Made by a program: the position numbers and the translations under genes | NCBI RefSeq assembly: GCF_009914755.1 | Contig: NC_060938.1 | Direction: 5' to 3' (one strand) | DNA from: the human T2T-CHM13v2.0 reference genome, Homo sapiens | Length of the DNA: 64,000 nt | The notes under the pieces: model-generated | The model's database searches: none | The model's input: only the letters and a program-made list of their open reading frames with translations | What the model was told of the DNA's origin: nothing | Shown: positions 28,909-44,045 of the stretch, one piece after another | How positions within the stretch are numbered: the first letter of the stretch is position 1 | Layout: each line of letters begins with the position of its first letter

Positions 28909-29203
28909 GGCTGGGCATGGTGGCTCACACCTGTAATCCCAACATTTCTGGGGGCTAAGGTGGGTGGATGGCTTGAGCTCAGGAGTTCAAGACCAGCCTG
29001 GGCAACACAGTGAGACCCCCCTTCTCTACTCCTCTTTTTTTATTAGCCAGGCTGGGTAGCACGTGCCTCTGGTCCCAACTTCTCAGGAGACTGACATAGG
29101 AGCATCGATTGAGCCCAGGAGGTCAAGGCTGCAGTGAACAACGATTACACCACTGCACTTTAGCCTGGTGACAGAGTGAGAACCTGTCTCAAACAAAACA
29201 AAA
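28909..29203 (+). mobile_element. AluJ
   Basis: Diverged dimer with AluJ diagnostics (GAGCCCAGGAGGTCAAGGCTGCAGTGA). Confidence 0.9.
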
Positions 29204-29954
29204 TGAAGTAACAATCAACCTTGGTTCTTACCCTTGAGGAATGCATCATTCTCTTTTGGGAAGGTAAAAATATGCACTCATGAGACAGTAAAGGAGTGAT
29301 GTTAGGTGGCATTGGACTCTAATTACATTCTCCAGTTGGGGGACATACACACGCTACAGCATGGGAAGAAGAGAGCAATGATTTCCCTAAAACGTGGCTT
29401 CCATTTGATCATTCTGACCATTGCTTTTCACTTCAGGTCCTAGATCTTTTTCCTGACATTCAAGGTCCTTCCTGATCAATGCAAATGTATGTATCCTCAG
29501 TGTCTGCAGGAAACCTACCCTCCCTCCACTCTGCTCATGTGGACCTTCTAATCTTCCCTCTGCTGCTCTTTCAGCCCAGATCATCAGTCCTCATGTGTAT
29601 TGAATGCCTTGTCTCTCTGTTCATTGTTTGGCGCAGCAACTGAAGCATAGCAGGAAGTGGTTATTGCACATGTGTCTTTTGGATCCCATGGGCTGAGCAC
29701 TTAGGTACTTTCCAAATACTTGGCATTCACGTGGAGAAGAGATGTTGCATATGTATACATGGGATGGGTGGGTGGGGGGTTGATCTTTACTTTTGGAATT
29801 ATCCCTTTTCATGTGGCTGGATGCTGGCAATGGTCTACTGTTTTAAAGACTGCAAGTGCCAAAGGACTGCCACTGTAGCTTCATTTGAAGGGGGGAGGAA
29901 ATGAAATGTTACTTTAAGAAACATTGGCGTTTGCACCCTCATTCACTCTTCTTT

Positions 29955-30277
29955 TAAATTTTATTTTTATTTATTTTTTTCATTTTTGGGGGTGGAGTCT
30001 TACTCTGTCACCCAGGCGGGAGAGCAGTGGTGGCATAATCTCAGCTCCTCCACTGCAACCTCTGCCTCCCAGGTTCCAGCAATTCTCCTGCCTCAGCCTA
30101 CCAAGTAGCTGGGATTACAAGCACACGCCACCACACACAGCTAATTTTTGTATTTTTAGTAGAGATGGGGTTTCGCCATGTTGGCTAGGTTGGTCTTGAA
30201 CTCCTGACCTCAGCTGATCAGCCCATGTCGGCCTCCCAAAGTGCTGGGATTACAGGAGTGAACCACCACGCCTGGCC
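29955..30277 (-). mobile_element. AluS
   Basis: Antisense dimer. Confidence 0.92.
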
Positions 30278-30454
30278 CCTCCCTCATACGCTCTTAAACA
30301 CTTAACCAATATGACATGAAATCTTTACTTTTTTGTTAGAATAGTTTTGAATGGAAAATTAAACATTTTTCCCCAAGCAAGACTACTTTGAATTCTCTAG
30401 AGTTTGATGTGCACACAAAAGAAATGGCAACCCAGAACCATACATTTTAAAACA

Positions 30455-30730
30455 TTTCTGTTCAGTAGAAATATAATGTGAGCCACACATGTAGTTCAAA
30501 ATTTTCTAGCAGCCACATTTAAAAAACATGTAAAATTAATTTTTAGATTTTATGTAACCCAATATACCCCAAAATATGATCACTTCAACATGTAATCAAC
30601 ATAAAAAGTAGTAATGGGATATTTTACATTTGTTTTTGTTCTAAGCCTTTGAAACCTGGTGTGTGCTTGGCACTTGCAGCACATCTCAGTTCAGACCAGC
30701 CACACGGGGCTACTGGCTGCCACAAACGCA
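30455..30730. mobile_element. MER33-like hAT-Charlie relic
   Basis: tagaaatataatgtgagccaca...aattttctagcagccacatt...agcacatctcagttcagaccagccaca. Confidence 0.65.
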
Positions 30731-30928
30731 GTGTCAGAACAAGAAGAGGATTCGGAATCTGTCCAGCCCAACTCCATTATGGTTAAAGGAAAGCTGTGTT
30801 CAGGAAGGTCTGGTGCCCCGCTCAGGATCACACAGTGGATGCATGACAGCCCTAGGCCTGACCTGTCCACCTCAGCACTCGCCTACTGAGAGGGCTCATG
30901 GCTGACTCAGACAGCTGCCATGGAATGA

Positions 30929-31538
<610 letters not shown>

Positions 31539-32459
31539 TAATACTTAGAAATGACAACCCCGTAGGCCGTTTGTTAAAGCACACCCCACCCGTTTTTGAC
31601 TCAGCTGTATTGGCATCTGAAGGGTACCAGCAGAGGGAGGGTTGGAGGCCAAGAAGGCAGTAGCTGCTGGGCCTTGCCCGTCCTCCAGGAATGCGTGGAA
31701 GGAGTGCTTCTCCGTCCTCCATCCTCCATCCCACCCACATCAGCTCCTGCCAGCATCCCAAGGACCCAAGCTGTCTGCCATGATTAGTATCAAAGGCCTT
31801 AAAATAACTGAGTGACCTTTTTTTTCCACTCTACACACTTTGTAGTGCTTTATATTCTGAATCAAGCCAAAGCCAAAATCCAAGAAAAGTGACCATTTCA
31901 AAAACAGAAAATGAGCCCACTAGGAAGAGAGCATTGCTTTCAATAATGAGAACATTTGGGAGTAAACTGAATAATGAGGACATCTTTGCACCTGGACTGA
32001 TGAGAAAACGATTAGATAGGGCATTACAAAAAGCAACATAAAGATCTTTGATTTGCATTTGTTGTCAACTGTGAGAGAATGGGTATAATTCTCTAAAGAC
32101 GTAGTTTAGACCTTTTTGTACTAAAATATAAAGTCAAAGTGATGATAAATCTTATGGCAGTGGGCTCTGTGAGTCATGTTTCACTCTACATAAAATGTCT
32201 TAGAGGCTGAAGTGCTGGGGCTATCCTGATACCCAAATGCCATACTCAGACTTAAATAAAAATGTATTTTGTCACTTGATTTTTGATGTCCCCTTCTCAC
32301 ACATCATGCAGCCTATCTCTGGGTCCCTCAATGTGCAAACAAATAATATAGAAGGAGACAAGGTCAGCAGAGAGAAAAGTAGTGTTTATTTAGGTGTATC
32401 TGGTCACAGGTCAAGATCAAGAACCAGCCAAACTGTGTGTGTGTAAGATAGGTAGGCAA

Positions 32460-32940
32460 GTGTGCTGCTGGAAAGCTTCTGTTTGTCCCTTCAGATCCTC
32501 TCCCTACTCTTCTCCACCTGCTGTGTGCCCCAAGAGGCTAACCCTAGATGTACTACATTAACAGGCTCCCTCAAGCCCTAGTTCCCATTATGTTCAGCTG
32601 ATGGGGTAGCGCTGACAAGATTGGAGGCAAGATGGAGCATAAGGTTGGTGCTAACTCCTTGCAGGGTCTCTGCAGGCTGGCTGCAACCTGTAAAGTCACA
32701 GCTCCTGTCTCACAGCCTCTCCACACATTTCTGTCACCAGCTTGCAAAGCCACACTCTCCTTTTACCAGTGAGGCCTAGAGTTGGCAATGGCACATCCTG
32801 GTCCTAGCTTCCAGGTGGGCACTTATCCTTGTCTCTCTGAACCCAGTCCACACCTTTGGAAATAGTCCCTTTATTACTACTCTTTCTCCAAATACCTACT
32901 TTGACTTTATCCACTATTTCCTTCTGAGACTTTGATTGAT
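32460..32940. mobile_element. LTR33-like ERVL LTR
   Basis: Resembles the recalled LTR33 consensus (cagatcctctccctactcttctccacctgctgtgtgccc...aacaggctccct). Confidence 0.55.
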
Positions 32941-33029
32941 AAAGTAGGCACGCATATGTTCCTTGTTCTAGAAAGAATTTCTGTTTTCTTTATTAGCAGG
33001 ATACTCGAACTTTTCCATTGCCCAGAATC

Positions 33030-33510
33030 ATCACAGGTCAGTTTCCCAGAAGCAGATCCCAAGACGAGAATTTGTACATGAGTTATATGAAAGATGTGTT
33101 ACAGGAGAGACCTCCAAGGGGGTATGTGGGGAGGCAGGAGCAACACAGGGAAAGAAGGAGGGAAAAAGCCAAGTGCAAGTGTTATTCAGGCAGAGTCCCA
33201 GTCTCAGCCTATTGCTGACTGGAGCTCTGGAGCATATATTACACCTCAGAATTTTCCCAGACTTGATTCGGGGGAGCTGGGCTTTCAATTTCCTGTACCA
33301 GTGACTCATTGGCTGTGGGCATCTCAGGGCCACAGTAAGCTCCCAGGCACTTTCAGTTCTCTGTGCAAACAGGTGAAATTCAGTAGTTCAAGGGCAACCC
33401 TCTGAAGATAGTTGCAGAAGCTAATCATTAGAAAGCAAAATACACTGAAGCTGGGGTGTGGGCACACAGAACCAGCAAAAGAGATTCAAGGTCATCCAGG
33501 CAGAGCACCA
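33030..33510. mobile_element. Old ERVL-type LTR (LTR16-like)
   Basis: Terminal motif aggtcagtttcccagaagcagatcccaagac. Confidence 0.5.
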
Positions 33511-34479
33511 TCAATTTATGCCTCACATGTATCTCCTGGAATTTGAAAGTATCTAGGGAGGGGAGATACACTGAGTATCAGTTGACTATCAATTAATTAT
33601 CAATTAACAACAGAATTATTGGAAGACAGGAAAGAGTTATCTCCGATGCTAAGGGAACGCACCCTTTGAAAAAGCACTGCATATTAATCAAATGGTATTT
33701 GCTTCCAATGGACTCAGTTAATATACTTTTAGTAAAAATCAAATCAGGGTCCATAGGCTTTTTAAAAGGCAGAGGCATCTGTTGGAATCTTAGCTACCAG
33801 ATGCAGGTATGTTCCATGGTATGTGTGCATGTGGTTGGTGGTGGTGGTTGCGGGGAGAGAGGGTATCAACACTTGCCATTTTCCTCTGAAGCTTCTAACA
33901 CTTGGAAATTTGTCACAGAAGATTTTCTCATCTGCAGTTCAAATACTTCTCAGCAGGAATTTAGCTGAAGTTGAAATCACCATCTGGCATCTCATATTGA
34001 ACCAGGTTCTTTGTGTGCCAAGAGCTTCTTCTTTTGGCAATGACGTTGACTGTGATCTTTCAAAAATGTTTCTTGGGTTGGCATTCTTGACTGAACAGAA
34101 CAAGCAGCCTGTCTTGGAATTTAGGAAGAGATGTGCTGAGCAAGTTTTTGTCCCAGGAATAAAAGTGCGAGGTGAAAAGTTGAAGATTTGAGGTTTTGAA
34201 TCTCCAGAATTCACGTTTTATTGTCGTTGACCTAAAACCAGCTAGGGAAAAAAAATCCTGCAAAACGATTAGTAGAAGCAAAATGTTGCACAAGGAATAT
34301 TCCATTTGAATCAATAAATCCTATTTAAGCAATTTCCAGGTGCAAAGTGATATCCTGCCTGCTGTAGGGACATGAGGATGACTAAGATGCAGTCTTTGCT
34401 CTTAAGTACTTCAGCATCCACTGGCTGGAGGCAGGGGATGACAGTGCATGATTAGGTGGATACAAGGCAGACTATACTA

Positions 34480-34950
34480 AGAAGCATAGCTGACATCGTC
34501 AGCCTCCTCCCAGGTACAGGTACTCTGGGATGTCTTTTACCATTTCTGTGTGTTCTTCCATCCACTCTGAAGTGCTTTTGCTGCCATTGGCCTGCACCTG
34601 CGACTCTCTTTTGGTGGCTGCCCTTGGGCTGCTGTGTACAAATGCATGCAGAGAGCAAGAAGTGCTTGGGAACTGAATCTCTAGCTAGTGACTGCTCAGT
34701 GTGGGAGAAAGCAAGCTCAGCTCCCTTGTCTTAGAGAAGGACATCAATTAATGTCCAGAGTTCCCCTATGGAATTGAGCTGGGCTACTCGCCTTGGGACT
34801 TTCACCAAATTTCTCACCCTTGCTTGGTCTCTTTCTCTTCCCTGTCTTACTTCCCTCATTCACTTGCCAGACTCTTTGGGGAGCATTCCCTTAACAAAAC
34901 CCTTCCCTACAAATCCTCCTCTCATGAACTGCTTCTGGGAACCCAATAAG
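34480..34950. mobile_element. LTR16-like ERVL LTR
   Basis: 3' motif ...gagcattcccttaacaaa...ctgcttctgggaacccaa. Confidence 0.5.
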
Positions 34951-35796
34951 GGGCACAATAGGAATCTGAACAGAATGCTATGGGAGCACAGAAAGGAGGG
35001 ATTAGTTCTGCCTGGAGAACAAGGAAGTTTACGTAAAAGGAGAGAGCATTTGAGCAAGGCCTTGAGACGTAATTTGGAATTTGCCAGACAGATAGAATTA
35101 AGAAATGTCATGATAAATCTGGGGGAAAATACGTTTATGAAGGAATAATCAAGGTAATGATGACGAGTGATAGGAGATGAGGTTGCTAGAGTTGGTTGGG
35201 ATGAACTGAAGAAGAGTCTTCAATGCCATTAAAGAGTTTGACTTTTAAAATCTAAAAAAATGGCAATAGTAAGCCATTGTAGGTTTTTGAGCAGGGGAGA
35301 AATATGATAAATCTTTTGGGAAAATAATTGAACAAAAATACAAAAGATGGAGAATATACAAAAGATGTGTTGGAGAATAAGAGACAAATAGTGGAAGCCA
35401 GTTTGAGGGTCATTGCAATATTCTAAGAGGGGATGATGAAGGCCTGACTTAGAGTCCTTGACATGAGAATGAAAAGAAAATGGCAGCTCCAGAGATTGAA
35501 CAATTGTACTTGGCAGCTAACCGGATATATGAGGCAATAACGTGAGAAGTCAAATGTGGCTGAGGTGTTGGTCTGGATCACAGTGGATAATGGTGCCATC
35601 AACCAAGAGAGAAGACAGGAGGAGAAAGTCAGGCTGAAGAAAAGTCAATGAATTCATTTTTGAAAAAAAAAAAAAAAAAATCCCCAATGACTCAAATACA
35701 TTTGAATGGAATCAAAGTAATCTGAGAATGAAGAACAAACAAAAAAAGTCAGAATATTTGGATACTCATGAAGTTCTTGTTCAATTGTAGAACAAA

Positions 35797-36088
35797 AGCC
35801 TGGGCACAGTGGCTCAGGCCTGTAATCCCAGCACTTTGGGAGGCTGAGGCAGGAGGATTGCTTAAGCCAGGAGTTTGAGTCCAGCCTGAGCAACGTAGTG
35901 AGACCTCATCTCTACAGGAAAAAAAAAAAGTTAGCCAGGTGTGGTGGTGCACACCTGTGGTCCCAGCTACTTGGGAGGCTGAGGTGGGAGGATCCTGTGA
36001 GTCTGGGAGGTTGAGGCTGCAGTGAGCAGAACTGTGCCACTGCACTCCAGCCTGGGTGACAAAATGAGATGCTGACTCTTAAAAAAAA
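35797..36088 (+). mobile_element. AluJ
   Basis: Dimer with AluJ diagnostics. Confidence 0.9.
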
Positions 36089-36128
36089 CATTAGAACAAA
36101 AAGATCCTTTTAAAAATTAGCTTTCTAA

Positions 36129-36466
<338 letters not shown>

Positions 36467-36838
36467 TTAACAACAGAAACCTGGACATCCTATAAGAATA
36501 GGAACACTTAGAATTCTGAATCCAATGCTTCAGTTTCATCATGATTGTACTTTGCTTATTGAAAGTAGAGTGAGGAGTCTCTACGGTCTAAGGATTGAAT
36601 CTAAAATGTTAAATCTGTATGGCTGTTTGAAGCCATCTTTGAAAGCAGAGTCCTATGACAATAGTGCTGAAATCAAGAAGAAAAAATAGTGCTTTTAGTG
36701 TTTACAGACTATTATCTGTGTAATGTGACCAGTTTTTGTAGAGGGGCTTTGGAGTAATAGTCCCATCAATGGACAGTGGTCATTTCCCAGCCTTTAATTA
36801 TTTCTGTTCATTTGCTTATGGCTATGGCTCTGCATTGA

Positions 36839-37167
<329 letters not shown>

Positions 37168-38777
37168 GCACTGATTTTTACAAAAATCAATTTGCCCATG
37201 TGAGAATTGGCATCCCTGCCTTGCCTTGACATTTTAAGCAGCACACAATTAGAAGAAAAAGCACAAGTCCAAATTGTTAAAAAATGTTTTAGTTTGAGGA
37301 AAAGTCTACTTCATACAAGACACATTGTTTCAAAAGCCAAATGAATTAGGGCAGCAGAGAGGACTTGCTACTCTGTAACAATGTTACATTTAAATTCTCT
37401 TTGAGAACACTTAATGCTTAGAGCCTCTACCACTTCCTCCTATCCTAGGCAAGAGGTAGATTTAAGAAGTCAAGTTATGCATGAAAATAATGGAGGAAGA
37501 GAAGGTAAGAGAAATAGAAAGCAAGAGAAAGAGGTCATTGCTTGTGTTTATTCGTTCAATCACTTCTTGCTGCCCTTCTTTCTTTCATCCTTCCCCCTGT
37601 CTCTCCCTTCCTCTCCTACTTCCAGGAATGATTGAATACATACTGTGTGCCAGGGACTGTACTGGAAGCTAGAGATACCACACTAAACAAGTTAAACATA
37701 CACGATCTCTACTCTCATAGAATGTAAGTCTATCATACTTGATTTCAGATTCTATGTGTAAATAAAAGATTATCACTTTTTCTTCACCCTTGTTCTCTCT
37801 CTCCCCTTCCTATTGTATATTAAAGCATATTGGGTTCACCCATTTGTTGGGCAAATGTCCTAAACATAACCCAATTAGGCTGCCTTCATCTGAAATCCAA
37901 CTCTCCCACTTAATAGTTATGTACGTTTGGTCAAGGACTTGTTGACTTTCCATCTCTTCATTTATAAAACATACTTAATAATAACACATGCCTCATAGGA
38001 TGTTGTGAATATTAAAGAGTCAATTCATTTAGAATTTAGAATGGGCTCTTGGACACAGTGAGTTATCAATTGATTTTAGCCACTACTGTTTTATATTATG
38101 CACAGGAATAAAAAGATGAAACAGATTATATTTTCAAGGAGCTTACAGTCTTGCAGGTGGAGACAGACAGGTACACAGATAAAGGCAATAAAGCATGGTA
38201 AGTGTGATGGGTGAAATGATGAAGAATGTAGACTCTAGTCAGGGGGCCACAGAGAAGGGAGTGGTGAATTCTTTTGGTCAACTCTTTTGAGACGGATGTA
38301 ATATCAACCCAAAGTAGTTTCTTATTTCCCTGACCCTTTGGTAAATGATCCTTCCCTATTAAATGCCTGTTTTGACTGCTTTATTTGTCCATAATTGTTC
38401 CACTGTAAATTAATTACGTAAGCACAAATGAAGGCTTTTCACTAATGGACATTGTGGTCCCTCTTTATTTACACTCTGAAAAAAGGACCTTCCCATAATT
38501 GGTGAAATAAGGTTACATTTGCCTGATTCTTATGCTCAGCGCCATATTTCTTATAGAAAACAGAGTTGCTCCTACAAAGGGAATACAGGTCTTTTCTTAC
38601 CCCAGAAGGTAGTCAAGGTAGTCTTATTCCTTTTGCCAATGACTGGCTAAGTCATGGACATATGATTTCATTGCAGCTAATGGGACCCAAAAGGAAGTAA
38701 GCTGGGGTTCTGAGAAGGATTTTCTCAAAACTGCAAGAGTAGTTTTGTGATGAGTCACGTGATTAACTGTGATGAGT

Positions 38778-38835
38778 TTTGGGATGAGACCCTGGAATAA
38801 GTGCTGGACACAGTGCCTGAATCAGACTGTGGAAA
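38778..38835 (+). pseudogene. Degenerate SNORD83B (U83B)-like C/D snoRNA copy
   Basis: GATGAGACCCTGGAATAAGTGCTGGACACAGTGCCTGAATCAGACTGTGGAA closely parallels the recalled U83B core GATGAGGCCTGGAATGTGCGCTGGGCACAGCGCCCGAGACCAGACTGCGGAA, with CpG decay. The 3' D box is missing. Confidence 0.7.
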
Positions 38836-38844
38836 TATTAATGT

Positions 38845-39035
38845 ATTTTATTTTTACTTATTTATTTATTTATTTATTTATTTATTTTAGAGACATGGTC
38901 TCACTCTGTTGCCCAGGCTGCAGTGCAGTGGCACTATCACAGCTCACTGCAGCCTTGAATCCTGGGCTCCAGCCATCCTCCCACCTCGGCCTCCCAAAGT
39001 GCTGGAATTATGGGCATGAGCCACCACTCCTGGCC
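38845..39035 (-). mobile_element. FLAM/AluJ monomer with (TTTA)n tail
   Basis: Single antisense arm. Confidence 0.8.
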
Positions 39036-39074
39036 TAATTTTTAAATTAAAAACAAAAAAAAACAAAACAAAAC

Positions 39075-39755
39075 AATATGAGACTAATGGAGGAAACGCT
39101 ACTACCCTTCTCTGGATATCGCTGGTCTACCCGTGATGCCCGGCACTGCTGCAACCATCTTGGAACTATGAAGGGAGATATTGCCGGCATCTTAAGGATG
39201 GTAAAGTAGAAAGATGGAAGTAAAGTGCATCCCTGAAGGCATCTTTGAGATGCCAAATTTACCTCCTTGGGCCTTGATCCACCTCCAGACTTTTTGTTGT
39301 GTGAGAAAATAACCCCTCAATTATTTAAGCCACTTTTAGATGGGTTTTTTGCTTTCAGTCAAATCTTTCCTACAGAAGCCTGTATTATTGTCTCCAAATA
39401 TTTGGGGCACTTCCCTGCAGGAAGATTGTACATACTCTCCCTTTTAAGCCCAGGCCTGGCCATGTGACTTGTTCTGACCAATAAAACATGAGTAGTGTGA
39501 TGGGCCATTTCCAGGTAAAAGCTTCAAGAGTCAATATGTGGTTTGACGTGCTTCCTTTCCCCTGACCCTGTGATCGGGGAAGCATGCTGAGGTGGAATCT
39601 CCTTTAGCCTTGTTTCTCTATGACTATGATAAGCAGGGCTTTCTTGTCCCTCCCACAACGGACAAGTGGAATGGACAAGAAATAAACTTGATCATTGTTG
39701 CTGCTGAAATGTGTTGTTCTTGTTATCACAGATAAATGCAGTCTATATTGACTAG
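39075..39755. mobile_element. MLT1-type MaLR LTR fragments
   Basis: Motifs gcaaccatcttg, ttatttaagccactt and ggccatgtgacttgttctgaccaat. Confidence 0.55.
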
Positions 39756-41025
39756 GAGACATCCTAAAATTTGTAGTACTAAAAACAATGAAGTGAAGGC
39801 AAGAGCTTGAGATGCAGGACCTTAACCCTGAGTTGCCAGGAAACTGATTGGGAGCAGTATATGTCAACGACTGAACAGATATTGGAAAGGACAGACTCAT
39901 CTCTACCCACGCCATACACTTCCTGGTTAGTGAAATGAGCCTTGGAACAGTAAGTAATTTAATCCAAATTATGCTTTGAAAATGGCTTCACTTCAATGCA
40001 TTATTCAGAGTAAATTAATCACAACTTATTAAGTGTCTCTTCAGTATCTCTGACAGTCACCTCATCACTTTGCCCCACTAACTTTTTTTTTTTTTTAATA
40101 TAATGACCTTTCTATGCATTACCTTTACAACCCACTCAACGGACACCTACCTAGGGGCTTTTGGTAATGGCTTAGTGATCACGTGCACAAATATTAAATG
40201 AGGGTGATGTGTCAGTCGTTGGGACAAGAGAATGATGATGATGAGATAGATAGCTAATATTTATATAGCACTTGTTGTATACCAGGTTTTATTCTAAACA
40301 CCTTGCATATAGTAATTCCCTTAGTCCTCACCTATAATGAGGCTGGCATTATGATTATCTCTCTTTTATGGATGAGGAAACAGAGGCACAGAAATATTAA
40401 ATAGCTTGCCCGAGGTAATGCGACTAAAATGTAGTGACACTCGGATTCCACTCCAGGCAATTTGGCTCCAGAGTTGTGTTCTAACTCTGATGATTAACCA
40501 AGCGGGGAGAGGGTTGTTCTTGGGGCAGCAGTTCTTGGAGAAACAGTTCTCTGTGGGGCCAGAAGTTAACAGTCTCATTGAGCTCCACCTGACTTGAATC
40601 CTAGCTGGGTGTTGTCTCACAATTTGCAAAACATGTCTATGAACTGTTTTCCTCAGCCATAGGCTGATGCTACTAATAGTTCTGTTCTCTGAGAGTGGCG
40701 AACAGTTAAGTAAATGAATCATGTAAAAGTCCCAGTATTGAGCTGGGCCCTGATTACTGTCGACTCCATGTTACTGGGGCTGCTGGAGGTTTACGGAGTA
40801 GACCCTCAGAGGTGCAGAAGTCTTGGGCATGCAAAGAGTCATGCACAAGTATGAAAAGAATTTCTCTAGGAGCCTGTAGGAGGGTATGAATCATAAGGCC
40901 TGGGAACAGTTAGCTGGAGAGTTACTTCTGGGCTTTGCAGACACAGCAGTGACTGAGATGCACTTGGTGCCCTGGAACGGATGGCTGGGTAAGCCATTTG
41001 GACCAACTGTGATTTAAAAAGGATA

Positions 41026-41586
<561 letters not shown>

Positions 41587-41819
41587 TCAGAAAAGCTTTG
41601 GAAATGTAGCTCAAGAGAGATAACATTTAGGGAAACTGAAATGATCTACCAGCAAGTCGTATAGGTTGTATCTCTAAAATATATTTTAAATCTGAACACT
41701 TCTCACCATCCCCACGGTGAGCACTGCTAGCACCTTCCCTAAGGTCGCCATAGTGTCTCCCTAGGCGCCTGTGTTAGTCTCCTAACGGTCTCCCTGCTTC
41801 CATTCTTGTCCCTTCCTTT

Positions 41820-42640
41820 ACAGCAAAAAGTCAAACTGTTTTTTCTCTACTCACACTCAACACAGAACACTTCTGGTCACAATGATATGTGAATTTTTCC
41901 CCACCAACAACCAATTCTCCAAATACCAGCTGAGTGTCCTACAATTCAGGTCAATTCTGCCACTAACTGGAGTTAGTGCAGATCTCCAAGTTCCCTATGG
42001 CACAAATCCACAAGACTGCCCCCCACTTCAGATGCCAATTGCAAGTCATAGGTTGCCAAGTTCTGCACAACTTGGCTGCAAATCAGAGGCTCCAGTGACC
42101 CCCTTCTGGGGTTCAATAATTTGCAAGAACAGCTCACAGAATCCAGGAAAACAGCTTACTTACCATTGTCTATTTATTACAAAGGATATTTTAAAGGATA
42201 AAATGAGCAGCCAGATGAAGACTTACATGGGCAAAGTTCAGAAGCGTCCTGAGTGCAGGAGCTTCTATCCCTGTGGAGCTGGGGTGCGTTACCTTCTCGG
42301 TAAGTGGATGGGTTCACCCACCTGGAAACTTGCCCAACCTCTTAGTTCAAGGATTTTTATGGAGGATTCATCATGAAGGCATGATGGATTGCTAACTCAA
42401 TCTCCATCCCTTCTCCCATTCCTAGAGTCTAAAGGGTAGGGCTGAAAGTTGCAAGCATCTAATCATGGCTTAGACCTTCCAGTGACCAGCCCCCATGTAG
42501 AGGCCACCAGGAGTCACTTCATTAGAACAGAAGACTGTCCTGTTACCCAGGAAATTCCAAGGGATCCAAATGATTAGGAACTCTGTGTCAGGAAATTACA
42601 AGGGTCTTAGAAGCTCTGTGCCAGGAACTGAGAGCAGAAA
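41820..42640 (-). mobile_element. MER21-like LTR
   Basis: tcacactcaacacagaacacttctg...ccagctgagtgtcctacaattc...ccaggaaattccaaggg. Confidence 0.65.

Positions 42641-42641
<1 letters not shown>

Positions 42642-42690
<49 letters not shown>
42642..42690. repeat. (TG)24 microsatellite
   Basis: Perfect dinucleotide run. Confidence 0.97.
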
Positions 42691-42692
<2 letters not shown>

Positions 42693-43427
42693 CTATATTA
42701 TTATTTATTCTTTTTTGTAAACCTGAGATCTTGCTATGTGGCTCAGGCTGGACTTCTGGGCTCAAGCGATCCTCCCTCTCAGCCTCATGAGTAGCTGGGA
42801 CTACAAGCATGTGCCACCATGCCTGGATCAAATACATGTATTTTTATTATGTACACTGCCTCTTCCATTTGCCTCATGGTAGACAGAGTGATCTTTTAAA
42901 AATGCAGCCAGTTCTTGTGGCTTCTTCTCCTTAGAATAAAACCCTAATTCCTTGCTACATAATCTGGCCCTGCCTCACTCCTGGATCTCATCTCTCACTA
43001 GCCCCACTCCTGCCTTTTCCCCACACTCTAGTCCCAAGCTCCTTCCTGCTTTAGGGTTTCTGTATTCTCTGGTCCTTCCTTTGCCTGGAATACTCTGCCC
43101 ATGCATCCCCCCACTACCACCCTCAGCTCTTTGCAAGGCTAGCTTCTTCCCCCACTCTGGTCTTGATCCAGATACCACCTTTTCCAATTTCCTGACCACC
43201 TTGTCCCCTTTCTCTCCACAACTCGCTCTCGGCCACTAGCCAACCCATTGGCAGATTTTGTTTTCTTCATAGCACTCATCACTATCTGAAATTGTCTTTG
43301 TTCATTTGCTTGTTTATGAGTTTGTTTCTGGTCTTCCCTATTTGACTAAATGGCCTTTGTTTGCCTGATTCATGGCTGTATCCGTCACCTAGAAAAGTTC
43401 CCAAATGCATAGAGGCTTCATAAATCA

Positions 43428-44045
<618 letters not shown>

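Noticed and set aside
41882-42376. 164-aa ORF
   Set aside because: Lies within a MER21-like LTR and shows no gag/pol/env similarity that I can recognise.
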